Origin: Eledone cirrhosa | Taxonomy: Eukaryota | DNA: 64,000 nt | Reading direction: 5' to 3' | Assembly (NCBI GenBank): GCA_964016885.1 | Contig: OZ024740.1 | Coordinates: forward strand, 359,290,001 to 359,354,000 | Shown here: in pieces, positions 1-12,501 of the stretch | Layout of the letters: the number at the start of each line of letters is the position of its first letter | Position numbering within the stretch: position 1 is the first letter of the stretch | Position numbers and translations under genes: made by a program | The notes under the pieces: generated by a model | Told to the model about the DNA's origin: nothing | The model's input: the letters and a program-made list of their open reading frames with translations, nothing else | Database searches by the model: none

Positions 1-385
1 TAATACCACACATTTATATATTGGTCCACCCCAGTGGTGTTATGCACACATTTCAAATTTATATTTCATAACTATATGTATGTATGTATCTATCTATGTA
101 TATATATATATATATGGGGGGGGGGGTCTGTGTCTGTGTGTGTCTGTGTAAAAGTAATAACAAAAATAACAAAACAAACTGCACAGTACATGGGGAAAGT
201 ATATTAGTTTAACGCTTGGGGAGAAAAAAATACACGTGGGTATTAAGTCGTATGTATCTTCCAGAAACCTAACTTGTATACACCACAAGCGGATTTTGTT
301 GATTTCGGATTTACAGAAACCTCACTTAGATATTCAATAATTTCGAAGTATATATATATATATGTGTGTGTGTGGGTGTGTGTGT

Positions 386-473
<88 letters not shown>

Positions 474-793
474 ATATATATGTGTGTGTATGTATGTGTG
501 TGTATTTTTTTCTCACTAGTCAGTTCTTTCGTTGCTACAGATATCACGCAGCTGAATTAGCGGTCGCTATTTTCAATTTGCAAAGCCCTTTAAACTGTGT
601 GTTATTACTCTGAGGTCTATACTTTGTCGAGTGCTTGGATGCACTGCTGAAGGCATTCGTTGGCTAAGCTGCTACTCGAACTTCGAATATGCTGTACTTT
701 GTCTGATTTACTCGTTATATTTACAATCCTTTAAAATGTATAATGATATTATAATGAAATAGTATGGTAGAATATTAAATGTTAAGTGTTAAT

Positions 794-832
794 TGAACAA
801 GTACTTTCATGCTTTCGTAATCTTCAGGTTCA
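794..832 (-). ncRNA. Minimal type I hammerhead ribozyme motif
   Basis: Minus strand: tgaac-CTGAAGA-ttac gaaa gcat-GAAA-gtac-TT-gttca. Stem I tgaac/gttca, palindromic stem III; stem II imperfect in this arm. Confidence 0.7.
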
Positions 833-910
833 TATTCTGTGGTGACAGTCAAGTTTGCAATTTTCAACTGTCTTTCACAGTTGAAAATTGCAAACTTGAC
901 TCTCACCACA

Positions 911-947
911 GAATCTGAAGATTGCGAAAGCATGAAAGTACTTGTTC
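911..947 (+). ncRNA. Minimal type I hammerhead ribozyme motif (inverted partner of 794-832)
   Basis: gaat-CTGAAGA-ttgc gaaa gcat-GAAA-gtac-TT-gttc. Confidence 0.7.
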
Positions 948-1059
948 AATTAATACTTAACATTTAATATTCTACCATACTATTTCATTATAATACCATT
1001 ATACATTTTAAAGGATTGTAAGTAAAACGAGTAAATCAAAGTTGGAATTCCATTTATTA

Positions 1060-1095
<36 letters not shown>

Positions 1096-1114
1096 ATGTG
1101 TGTGTATGTATATA

Positions 1115-1156
<42 letters not shown>

Positions 1157-1553
1157 TGTGGGCGTGTGGGTGTTGTTTCACTCTACTTTTAAAGGGACAG
1201 TAGGCTACAGTACGTTCAGTTTTTGAAAATCATTTCTTTAAATCACTTTACTCTATTTCAAAGAAACATTTTGTAACGATACATCTGGTTTTGAAATAAT
1301 ATTTCTTTAAATCCCAGATAACGGTTTTGAAATAACGTTTGTTTAAAATGTTTCAGTCACTTTCAAATAATGTTTCTTTTAATCCTGGAAATTATTATGC
1401 CTGGCATTAAAAGAATAAAATTTCTTCAAATTATTTTACTCGATTGTCAAAGCTTCCATTACATAACACTATCTCCAGTAACACTTGTACACACACACAC
1501 ACATACACACACGCACGCACAAACACACGCACACACACATATATATATACACA

Positions 1554-1632
1554 CAGGGTGTCCCAAAAACATGTATACACATATTTATTAGAATGCTGTT
1601 GAAGCGTGTATACATTTTTTCGGGACACCCTG
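1554..1632. mobile_element. Tc1/mariner-type MITE
   Basis: TIR cagggtgtccc(a/g)aaaa...ttttcgggacaccctg in TA context. Second copy at 61599-61694. Confidence 0.75.
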
Positions 1633-2470
1633 TATATATATATAAATGTTTTCCTTTCTTCTCAACCTCTCTCTACACTTATATTTCCATATATAAATGC
1701 AAATGGAGGATTTATCACCCAAAACAGAAGTCAGAAAACCAATTATTTGAATTATGTATAGTTTTACATTCCTTTCCACTGATATGAGAGACTGAAATTG
1801 AAGCATATTTGAGTGATTGAAAGAAAATCAGTTGCAACTTTTGATTAGGTATTCTAATTTAGTCTCAGCCACAGAATATCGCGATGTCGGAATTACTCTA
1901 CTCCAGCTGGTTGTCGATAATGATGTTGGTGTTACGTTTGTTCTTGTTATGTCAGTGCTGTTCTTGTTCCTCTTGATGCTGTCGTCAGTACTATATGTGC
2001 ATGTATCATCGTAGTTGTTATTATATGACGAGAGAGTTGATATGCTTGAAATGACAGCAGCATCTCCCTCAACTCATCTTAAAGTCTTATTTAAAGTACT
2101 ATTTAAAAGAACTCATTGAACAAAGTGGCCTTGTGTACATATATGAATCCGTAGCTCCTGGTGGGTGGGGTCATAGGGGTATTTTGAACCTGACGGAGTC
2201 AAACCTCCTCTCTAATGTTTGAACACAAACGATTTACTCAAGATAAAAGGAGAGAGAGACAGAGAGAGAGAGAGAGGAAGTGAGAAAGAAATATAGAGGA
2301 AGAATCTATCCAGAACTGGTATTTTTTAAGTAACTTAGATGAATACTGCAAAGCCTTCTATCCGACGTTCTAACGATTCTGCCAATGTACCGCCTAGCAA
2401 AAAGTCTAACTGTTTACAACCGGTACCTCTACACGTGCATGACTCGGTTAAACAACAGTGTTCTATAGAT

Positions 2471-2657
2471 CAGGCATGTCAAACTGAAGGTCCCCCGAGG
2501 GCCATATGAGTCACATATGTGTTGTCTGAGGGCCATTCATGATAACTAATTCCGCACATGTCAACTAATATATTTTATTTTATATTACAGTTGCGCTGTA
2601 AAAACCTTTATGTGGGACGCGGGTGTGCTTTAAAGGGCCGCATGTTTGATATGCCTG
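2471..2657. mobile_element. hAT-type MITE
   Basis: TIR caggcatgtcaaac...gtttgatatgcctg with exact 8-bp TSD ctatagat on both sides. Confidence 0.85.
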
Positions 2658-2990
2658 CTATAGATCATTCAATGATTAGAGGTATAAAGAACTGAAGACC
2701 TGAAGAAGTATTTTCTGTAAATTTGGTATCTCGCATTGTAATATTGATGTTGTTAGTTTTGTTGTGTCCTTCGTTTGTATTTTTTTAAAATAATATGTTA
2801 AGGCTTTTCAATTAAAAATCTTGTTCGTTTTTTTTTTGTTGTTTTTTTTTTTGTTTTTTTTCGTTCGTTGTCTTGTCCTTTGTTAATTTACTTAAGTTCA
2901 TCAACTAATGTTGCGAACGTGTTTTTCTCTTTGCCCTCATTTATTGTAATGGGTTATATATATATATATATAACCCATTACAATAATTTA

Positions 2991-3031
2991 TGCCCTTGAG
3001 AAGCCCAACTGGGCGAAACGTACGTAGGTGC
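2991..3031 (+). ncRNA. Hammerhead-like motif with U3-A8 core variant
   Basis: TTGAGAA-gccc aact gggc-GAAA-cgtacg-TA. Perfect stem II, palindromic stem III, weak stem I. Confidence 0.5.
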
Positions 3032-3246
3032 TGTTTTAAATAAACATGTTTTAACGGTCTATTCTCCGATTTCTTACTTTCCCACGTGCTTACGCTCTGC
3101 TAACTCTCTAGCCCACTAAATATTGACACTTCGAATATTTAATACTGCCGGCATTAGTATTGAGCACCTTTGGCATACGCTACTTGGCAAATAACTATAT
3201 GTATCACCTATCCTCCCCTTTTTTTCTCTCTCTCGATACGTAAATA

Positions 3247-3359
<113 letters not shown>

Positions 3360-3500
3360 TTATATATAAGGAAAAGAAATAGAAAATGCAACTGGAGTTT
3401 TTTTAAGAATATATATTTGTTTCCTTTACCGGTTTCACAGTTCTTATTCTTTTAAAAAGTAGAATTGAGATGGAGGGTTTGTGCTTTATCCACAAACCCC

Positions 3501-3556
<56 letters not shown>

Positions 3557-4147
3557 AGTTAATTTTATTGATTTTTTAGCTGATCTTATTGACTGATGAA
3601 TAGCTCTTGTTTATTTTAACACGTCTGTTGAGAACTCTTATTCGATATGTCATTTTTTGTATTCTTACAAAATTTACACTTACTGAATTCTTTCGCCAAA
3701 TATAGGGGTTCCCTCCCTTGCTGGACTACACGTGTGTTCAGTAACAGGTCCCCCTGTATTTTTGAACGAAACATCCGTTGAGAAAGCAGTTTTCCACGTT
3801 CATCTCTTTACTAGAAGTCAGATATATTTTTTTATGTGGGCTGACAGTAATTGATTAAGGAACTGCAGAAACCCAAAAAGCTAGAATTTAACATCCTTCT
3901 AGCGGGTCCGGGTGAGTTTTTACATTCATTTAATGTATTAATTTATTAATTTACTATTTGAGTGACCCGAATTTTCCTGGTGGTTTTTTTCGTCTGGCGA
4001 ATGATTCTAGGCATCGTCTCTATGTGTTGGTATTTTAACGATAGTTATAGCTCTGGTTCATCCAAACTATTGAGCCCTCTGCCACACATGTCGAAGATTG
4101 TTTATCGTTATTTCGTGGGCCGAGATTCTGATTCTCGATTATTTACT

Positions 4148-4206
<59 letters not shown>

Positions 4207-4390
4207 GAGTTTAAACTCGTATAAGCTCCTGAAGAAAGATCACTAATCTGATGCCTTTGTTCTGCGTATGAATATCAATAAATAAATTATATAACATTTC
4301 TGCTCTCTTCCAGATTGAGCACACCTATGGATATTGCTACATATACATACATATATATACATACATACATTAAAAGTTACAGTAATGTGG

Positions 4391-4920
4391 AAGACATATA
4401 CATACATAATATGAAAGAGTACTGGTGGAATGTCCCAGTCAAAATCCATTAAATGCAAACATAACAGACCAGATATAATGATATGGGACAGGGAAAAGAA
4501 GGCATGCACAGCAGATGCCAATATAATATTAAAGATCAGTGAAAAGGAGAATATCTATGCAAAACTAATGAGAAATCTGCAAATACTCCACCTCGATTAT
4601 ACCTTCAGATTTATACCTGTGATTATCTGGGCATTGGGATATGTTAGTAACTGCCTCAATACAAATCTTGAGAAGCTAGGCTTCACAGAAACAGAAAGAA
4701 CACAACTAGTTAGGAAATTACAAATACAATCCACTAACGGAACGGTAAAAATATGTAAAACATTACAACATTTCTGCATCGAATAACTGCATATACATAT
4801 GTACAGACACAAAGCATATGCGCATGCGCACATATAACTCAAAACATCCACACATACATTAATGGACCTACATACACATGCATGCATGCAGACATGCAGA
4901 CATTTATACACACACACACA
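4391..4920 (+). mobile_element. R4/Dong-type non-LTR element, 3' fragment (RLE endonuclease)
   Basis: ORF 4430-4786 RPDIMIWD...EKENIYAKL matches the 3' end of the 37.2-41.3 kb element; preceded by (TACA)-rich tract. Confidence 0.85.
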
Positions 4921-4923
4921 CAA

Positions 4924-4960
<37 letters not shown>

Positions 4961-5004
4961 AATATATATATAAATATATATATATATATAATTATATATA
5001 TATA

Positions 5005-5056
5005 TAATTCACGAAGTTAGACGATTCTAACGTCTGTTTCGTTCATCAGATGAAAT
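5005..5056 (-). ncRNA. Truncated hammerhead motif running into (TA)n
   Basis: Minus strand: CTGATGA-acgaa...ttcgt-GAAT-tatata..., with the 3' strand of stem I replaced by TA repeat. Confidence 0.45.
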
Positions 5057-5126
5057 ATCTTTGTTATAGATATATGATATGAAATTAAAATCTATTACAA
5101 ATGAAAGTGAGGCTGAATTAAAATAA

Positions 5127-5231
5127 TTGTTTCTATATTGGGCACAAGGCCAGCAATTACACAGTACATTACTGGTACTTTATTTTATCGGCCCCATAAG
5201 GATGAAAGGCAAAATTAACCTCGGCTGAATT
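5127..5231 (-). mobile_element. tRNA-derived SINE family A, 3' fragment
   Basis: Shared block cctttcatcctta.ggggcc/tcgataaaataaagtaccagt with copies at 5647-5768, 6897, 18866, 32894, 41299, 61919. Confidence 0.75.
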
Positions 5232-6034
5232 AAAATAATGGAAAAAATACATGCACGCATACATAAAACTGGAGATAAAAATATACATACAAACACACAT
5301 ACCCACACATATACAAAAATACACGCATATACATACACACATACAAATATCTATATCTATATATATATATGTATATACACATATACATACATGTATATAC
5401 ACACACACATATATATATATACACATATACGCATATATATATACATACACACATATATATGAATATATATACATATATAAACACTCATACTTAACATAAA
5501 TATACATACATATATACACGCTCATACACATATATACACACATATATATATATATATATATGCACACATGTGTATAAAAATACACTCACAGCTATATATA
5601 CACATAAAATACGTACGATCACATATATACATACATACACATAAATAATTGTTTCTACTATTGGCACAAGGCCAGAAAATAACCCGGTGCATTACTGGTA
5701 CTATATTTTATCGTAAGTTTATGCTGCAAAGCATGGCGTCCGACCTTCTACTGATACTGCCAATCCCAACGTATAAAAATATATAAATATGAGATATGAA
5801 ACATAAGAATAAAATATTATAAAAGGTAAATAAAAAATGAAAGAAAGACGAAACCAGACAGTGGTAAAGTAAACGGAAGAAATACGCACGTACATATACA
5901 CACGTATATATACACACGTATATATACACACACATACACATATATAGATACGCATGTGAAATATAAGTCAGTGTCAATAAATATGTGTACCTACACATAT
6001 ATACGTAAATTAAACAGACGCATATATGTGTGAA

Positions 6035-6360
6035 GGCGCATGGCTTAGAGGTTATGAGTTCAATTCTCGGACCGGGTGATGTGTTGTTTCCTTGAGCAAG
6101 ACACTTTATTTCACGTTGCTTCAGTTTACTCATCTGAAAATAGCTGGAGGTTTAACCCTGCAATGGCGTCCTATCCAGGGGGGAGTCTTGTACTCTCAGT
6201 CGCTTACGCCATGAAACCGGGATACGCACCGGCCAAATGAGCCTTCTGGCTTAAGACAGACTTACGGCCTGCCCGTGGGATGGCGTCATCGTATAGCTAA
6301 AACAGAATGTGCTGTGACCAGCGGCGCCGAATGACGCCCGAGAGACTGGTCAGGCAAGGT
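6035..6360 (+). mobile_element. SINE family B (tRNA-like head, CORE-like block)
   Basis: ggcgcatggcttag...gagttcaattc (A/B-box-like) followed by ccttgagcaagacactttatttcac. Confidence 0.6.
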
Positions 6361-6544
6361 GATATATATATATATGTGTGTGTATATATATACAGGGCCA
6401 TCTTAACGCATGGGCACGCTGGGTAGTTACCGGGGGGCCCCACTAGGATAGGGGCCCATTTGTATTTTTATCATAGATGACAAGCTTCATTTTAGATGAC
6501 AGCCATCGGGCCATGGTAATTGTGAAATTAACTATATATATATA

Positions 6545-6604
<60 letters not shown>

Positions 6605-6780
6605 AGTGGCAGTACAAATGCATATATACACAAACATACATATACATACATACACACATGTATATATATATATAGAGAGAGAGATAAGCAATGAATTATT
6701 TAATTTGCTGGTTATTCAATAAATTTAGTTTATAACAGATTAGAAATACTCTACTGTTTTCTTCTGTAAAACAACTTTTA

Positions 6781-6842
6781 TATTTTATCTGATGAGAGCG
6801 TACCAAAAATGTTGGTACCCTTGAAATATATATAATAAAATA
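6781..6842 (+). ncRNA. Minimal type I hammerhead ribozyme motif
   Basis: tattttat-CTGATGA-gagcgtacc...ggtaccctt-GAAA-tatata-TA-ataaaata. Perfect 8-bp stem I. Confidence 0.85.
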
Positions 6843-6896
6843 AATATGGTTTTATAAAGATAGTTTCCATTTAGTAATATTAATATTATTGATATA

Positions 6897-7066
6897 GGGC
6901 AGTGGATTGGCAGTATCAGTAGAGGGTCGGACGCCATGCGGCCCTTGCCATTCTGAGTTCAAATCCCGCCGAGGTTAACTTTGCCTTTCATCCTTACGGG
7001 GCCCATAAAAGAAAATACCAGTAATACACTGGTGTAATTGCTGGCCTTGTGCCAAAAGTAGAAATA
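6897..7066 (+). mobile_element. SINE family A
   Basis: tRNA-like head (gagttcaaatccc B-box) plus conserved central block. Confidence 0.8.
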
Positions 7067-7174
7067 ATTATTGATATTGAGATAGATAGTTAGATATAAT
7101 TATATAGCTATGTTGATATATATATATTTTCATATATATTTACGCACACATACACACACAGAGATGTATATGTA

Positions 7175-7537
7175 TGTTATTCTGGTTTTACTTTTTTTAT
7201 GAATTCTCTCACAAATAGGAAGAGAGCCGGTGTCTAACATACAAAACACGTTGGATTTTAGATATCAACAAAGTAAATCCGTATGTATGTCTGTATGTCT
7301 TTGTATACGTGTGCGTGCGCACACGCCTGTGTGTGTGTGTGTGTGTGTTTGTTTAGGTACATTATTGCTTGTGTGGATCTGTATGTTTCGAGTCATATGT
7401 ATCGTTGTCTGTACGAGTGTATATGCAATTATTACATGCTGAATTTCTGAAATATTTTATAAAATTTGACAGTTCCACTTGCAGCTTCCTAAATAAATGA
7501 GCTCTCTCTCTCTCTCTCTCTCTCCCACTCTCTCTCA

Positions 7538-7576
<39 letters not shown>

Positions 7577-8600
7577 TCTCTCTCTCTCTCTCACTCTCTC
7601 TCTCTCTCTGATTCTGTGAAGCCCAGCTTCTTAAAATGTGTAGCTAGTAACATATCCAAGTGCCCCAGTAATTACAGATACAAATCTGCGGAGTATCAGC
7701 AGATTTTTCATTACTTCATCATAAATGTTCTCCTTTTCGTTAATCTTTAGCACTATATAAACATCTGCAAGTCAGCTAATGTCCTCTAGTGTGCCTGCTT
7801 TCTTTTTCCCGTCCCATATTACTACGTAGGGGTTTAATGTGTTTTAAATATTAAGCTCCGATTTCTTCGCTAGCACACATTTCATTATTCGGTTTCTTGT
7901 CACTTGTTTTATATCTCTATCGAGAGAGTTTGTTTTATACCCTCTTCTTAGAAAGTTTCACTAAGGATACATTTTAACTATTTGTACTTTGTTGTTTGTA
8001 GCCTGGCTATGAAAAAGCCTAGTAACGTTGTAGTCTGTTGTGACACGTGTTGATTCCATGTCTGATCTAGAAGAATGTTCAGTTAGTGTTGTTATTTGTA
8101 GACGTTTTACATTTTCATTCTTTTGAATAATGTTTGTGATATTTTTATGTTCAACAAACATTGCTTCTTGGAGTAATACTTTGACTGTGAAAAAATTAAG
8201 CTCTGGGCGAAGTTCGCCCCAGTGTAGCTTCAATCTATTCATAGAGCCAACGGAGGGGCCTTCGTTTGCCATTTTATAACAATTAACTATATTCTTAATA
8301 GTTCCAAAAAAAATTAGCTTTATAGTTTCGGTTCTTTCGGTAACTACAACAGCTTTTCTTCGATTCAGTGTTGTTGATACTGTCGTGCCCAGCCATGTTG
8401 TTTGTGAATTCAATTTTTAGAGTGATGTCTGTATGATTTCGAGTAAAGGATGTCTTCAATGAATGTCATCAAAAGAATAACTAGTTATTTAACAAGGCTG
8501 GTATTTGTGGAATTACTGTCGGAAATAGTATACATCTTAAATTTAATTAATAATCCCCACGCCATTTGTGCGACGGCTCGCGTCGAATATCAACGTAATG
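7175..8600 (-). mobile_element. Old, internally deleted R4/Dong element
   Basis: ORF 7961-8413 (MNRLKLHWGELRPELNFFT) is homologous to the 5' ORF part at 37575; RLE remnant near 7610-7830; 3' UTR similar to 41200-41280. Confidence 0.75.
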
Positions 8601-8616
8601 CAATGTATGTATGTAT

Positions 8617-10250
8617 GTTCTGATTTTAAAATTTCACAATTTTTTGCCAATAGAGAGAGTCCTTTTCTAACATAGATACAAGACTCTCTCATTGGAGTTT
8701 ACACAACATCAACTAGGTAGATATGTATGCATGTCTGCATGCATGTATGTGTAGGTATGGATGTTATTGTATGTGTGGTTGTGGATGTTTTGAGTTTTAT
8801 GTGTGCATATGCATACGCTTTGTATCTGTACATGTGTATATACAGTTATTCGATGCAGAATGTTTGGAATGTTTTACATAATTTTACTGTTCCATTAATG
8901 GATTGTACTTGTAGTTTCCTAACTAGTTGTGTTCTTTCTGTTCCTGTGAAACCCAGCTTCTCAAGATTTGTATTGAGGCAGTTACTAACATACCCCAGTG
9001 CCCCAATAATCACAGGCATAAACCTGAAGGTATAATCAGGGTGGAGTATCTGCAGATTTCTCATTAGTTCTGCATAAATATTCTCCTTTTCGCTAATCTT
9101 TGATATTATATTGGCATCTACTGGGCAGCTAACTTCCACTACTGTGCCTGCTTTCTTTTCTCTGTCCCATATCATAATGTCTGGTCTGTTATGCCTGCAT
9201 TTTATTGGTGTTTTACTGGAACATTTCACCAGTACTCTTTAATATTATGTATATGCATGTCTTCCACATTGCTGTAGTTTTTAATGTGTTTATTATCGGG
9301 GCTATCTTTTCTACGGATTGCATTGTACAGTGTTTTGGCCACTACATCATGCCTCATAGGCAGATAGTACCGCGATGACATCTTTGGACAGCTGCTTATG
9401 ACATGGGTGACATCTTCGATGTTAATTCTGCAGAGTCTGCGCTTGTTGTCACATCTAGGTGTTTTGCCTGCATCCCTATCTCTTTTGTGAATCAGGTGTT
9501 TCGTGTGGATTTCTGTTCTTGGGTTGCAACAGCGTATCGTTCAAAGTGGGAGCCAATATAGCGGTTGTTAGTCCAAGATAGACTACTTTCTTTATCTATA
9601 TTACTCTCACTCCTGAGCTTCCTGGCAACATATCCATGCATGACTTTTTTGCTGATAAGCATGCAGTTTTTCATCCATGGATTCACTGCGGTACTGCTGA
9701 TCCACTTCCCTGGGTGTGAGTTTTTGATTATCACACAGGGAATATGTTTCAAGGCGTTCCTTCCCAACTCTTGTTATCTTCTCTGTTTCATGCAGATAGA
9801 CGGGCTCCTACGCTTCTAGGTTCGTAGATGTTGTCGGAGGGATATGATGCGACATTCAAATGCTGTCTGGACTGATGTTAGGCCTCTGTTTCCCTGCTTA
9901 TGTTTCAAGTAAAGGCGGTCTATGTCACTGTTGATGTGGACTCTAATTACGGTTTCTTCTGTAGCTACAACTGAATCAATTATGTTTACCTTTTTCGTTG
10001 TATTTCTTCTGTACTTCCTTAATGTTGTTGTGTTCAACCATCCTGTTTGTAGCAAATCCTTCTAAAATAATTATGTATTTAGTCGGATATCTCTACGAAT
10101 TCGAATAAAAGGTGTCTTCAGCGGATATAGTTAGAAGAATATCCGTTTATTCAGCATGACTAGACGTTGTGGCATTACTGTCGGAGATAGTATTCATCTT
10201 AAATTTGATGAATAGTCTCCCACACCAAAATATGCGACTGATCGCGTTGA
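8617..10250 (-). mobile_element. Internally deleted R4/Dong element (RT removed, both termini kept)
   Basis: 5' end matches 37201 onward and jumps near 9945 to the equivalent of about 39948. Zn knuckle and RLE retained with frameshifts. Flanked by (TATG)n. Confidence 0.9.
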
Positions 10251-10317
10251 CTGACTGACTGTATGTATGTATGTATATATGTATGTCTGTATGTATGTAT
10301 GTATGTATGTATGTATG

Positions 10318-10780
10318 TTTTCTCTTTCTCTTAATTTCGAGTAATTTTTTTGACCGGCCACCTTCCTGGTGGCAAGGTTGTAAAAGAAAAGAAATTGTCA
10401 TCCCTTGAATCGCAAGAATGTTTTGCAAATTTTGAAGGTGCCAGCTATCGCAGCCATTTGTAGACTATGAATTAGGGAGCTGCGCTTTTTGTCCGCAAAT
10501 CCAAGTTCAGTCATACTTTGGTCCAAGCGGGTTGGTATATAACTCGTAGCACCAATAATGATGGGTATGAAGCTAAAGGTGTATCTTGGATACTGGATTT
10601 GTAAACTCCTCATCAATGGTCCGTAGATGTCCTCCTTCTCCTGTATTTTTCTGACAACGTTTACATCAAGTGGGCAGCTGATCTCCACAACAGAACACGT
10701 TTTCAATGTGTGGTCCCAAACTACAATATCAGGCCGGTTGTGCTTTAATTTGGTGGCAGTTTTTATTTTCAGGTTCCACC
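10318..10780 (-). mobile_element. Second R4/Dong subfamily, 5'-truncated RLE fragment
   Basis: ORF 10398-10706 VVEISCPLD...EKEDIYGPL...IPIIIGA; (TATG)n on both sides. Confidence 0.85.
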
Positions 10781-10893
10781 TGTATGTATGTATGTATGTA
10801 TGTATGTATGTATGTATGTATGTATGTATGTATGTATGTATGTGTCGGGTATGTATGTATGTTTCGGGTATCTATGTATGTATGTATGTTTGT

Positions 10894-11531
10894 GTCGGGT
10901 CACTCTTGAGTGCTACTGGTAACATGTAACCCAGTACAACCAGTCGTATGGTCGGGTCGTCGGCGACTAAACCGGCAACCCCATCAAGTTTACTTGGTGA
11001 GGAGGGTGATTTTGGACACCCTGCAGGACAAAAAGCAAAACCTGATAAAGGGTGGAAGAACACATAAGAGTCAACGGCCATCCGAAAGTGTGTAAATATG
11101 TATATGCACATGTACATATGGATGTATATGTGTATGTATATATGTATATGTGTATGCATGGGCGCATGTGTGTGTATATACGCGGAGACATAGAAATAGT
11201 CGGGCTGGACAACCGATCGCCGGTTAAACCACTGGGAGTGAAGGACCCCTAGCCTGTGTCAGGGCATTCTTCTAGGAGAAGGCAACTCAGGAAACTGATA
11301 TAACTCCAATATAAAACCTGCGGCTCAGTAGTTACCGATGATGTTGATCCTTTCTTCTTTTCGGGTTATAGCTACTGTCGCTCAGAGAGTGGGATTGGTT
11401 CAGTGCAGTCTTTCCTCACTTTAAAAAATATCTTCACGCACAGGCATTGCACGATAGAATTAATTAATAATTATTAATAATGTTATATCGTGGAATGGCC
11501 ATACTCGATGACGAAGGGGCAGCCATCATGT
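10894..11531 (+). mobile_element. Non-autonomous RTE-derived element(s), interrupted by microsatellite
   Basis: 5' part matches the ends of 53150-53674 and 53738-54347; 3' tail ...gcagccatc(atgt)n. Confidence 0.7.
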
Positions 11532-12247
11532 ATGTATGTACGAAATACCAACAGAAAAAGGTGTATGATGAATTTGCTCAGGCTGTATGGGTGTATATGT
11601 ATATGTTCGGTCGTTTTTATGTGTGACGTGACATGTTGTTTATCATTGGAGTCACAGTGATGTTTTGATAGAAATAGTACGTTTCTATAGAAACACCAAT
11701 GGCATAAAATGGTTTTCGAAAACACGGTCGAAGATAAAAGAAATATCAGCTCAAACCTTCATACAGGTAGACATTCTATATCAGTTAAATAGGTGTGAAA
11801 AGTAAGTAATAATTCAAGTAAAAGTATAAAAGGAAATATATAACTGCAAGAGGTGCGTATTGAAGGTAAAGACAACAGAAATAATCAATTCTAATTAGAA
11901 AACTCTTTTTCCTAAAGAGTGATAGTTGTTTCGGTAGAACCGTCGCACTGCATAGGTCATGTGTAAGGTGGCGTGGTCGATTAAAAGTAAATTGCCATAG
12001 ATACATGTTAGTAGTTGCATTCACATAGCGTAATGCATAATAGTTGCATAATAGAAAAGCATATGACTATGTAACATACGTCTGGCTTTTATCATGTTGC
12101 AGCTATCTCTGTGGAGCTGTGAGAACGCTAGATACTTAATATTATTAAGATTAACCATTTGTTGCTACTCCTATTTTCACGATTTCTTGCTAACCAGATG
12201 GCGCAATAGATATATATATTATAGATACGCAGACACACAAACACGCA

Positions 12248-12320
<73 letters not shown>

Positions 12321-12401
12321 ATAGTTTAGTTCGGATCTAGCTGTCGAAACGGCCGGAACTCAGCCGTCGGGGTCATGACTCTTTTCCTATATATATATAC
12401 A

Positions 12402-12441
<40 letters not shown>

Positions 12442-12501
12442 GTGTTTCCGCAGGCAAGGTAAAGGAGAGTGCTCTATGTAGGCTACAGAGCTATTTATTT
12501 T

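Larger units (their letters stand above)
704..1038. repeat. Fold-back element (arms about 165 bp, 704-871 and 877-1038), PLE pseudo-LTR-like, next to (TA)n
   Basis: Arms are reverse complements (e.g. agtcaagtttgcaattttcaactgt / acagttgaaaattgcaaacttgact) around a 5-nt loop. Each arm holds a hammerhead core. Confidence 0.85.

Noticed and set aside
6897-6975. tRNA genes at SINE heads
   Set aside because: Only degenerate A/B boxes fused to a SINE body; no full cloverleaf
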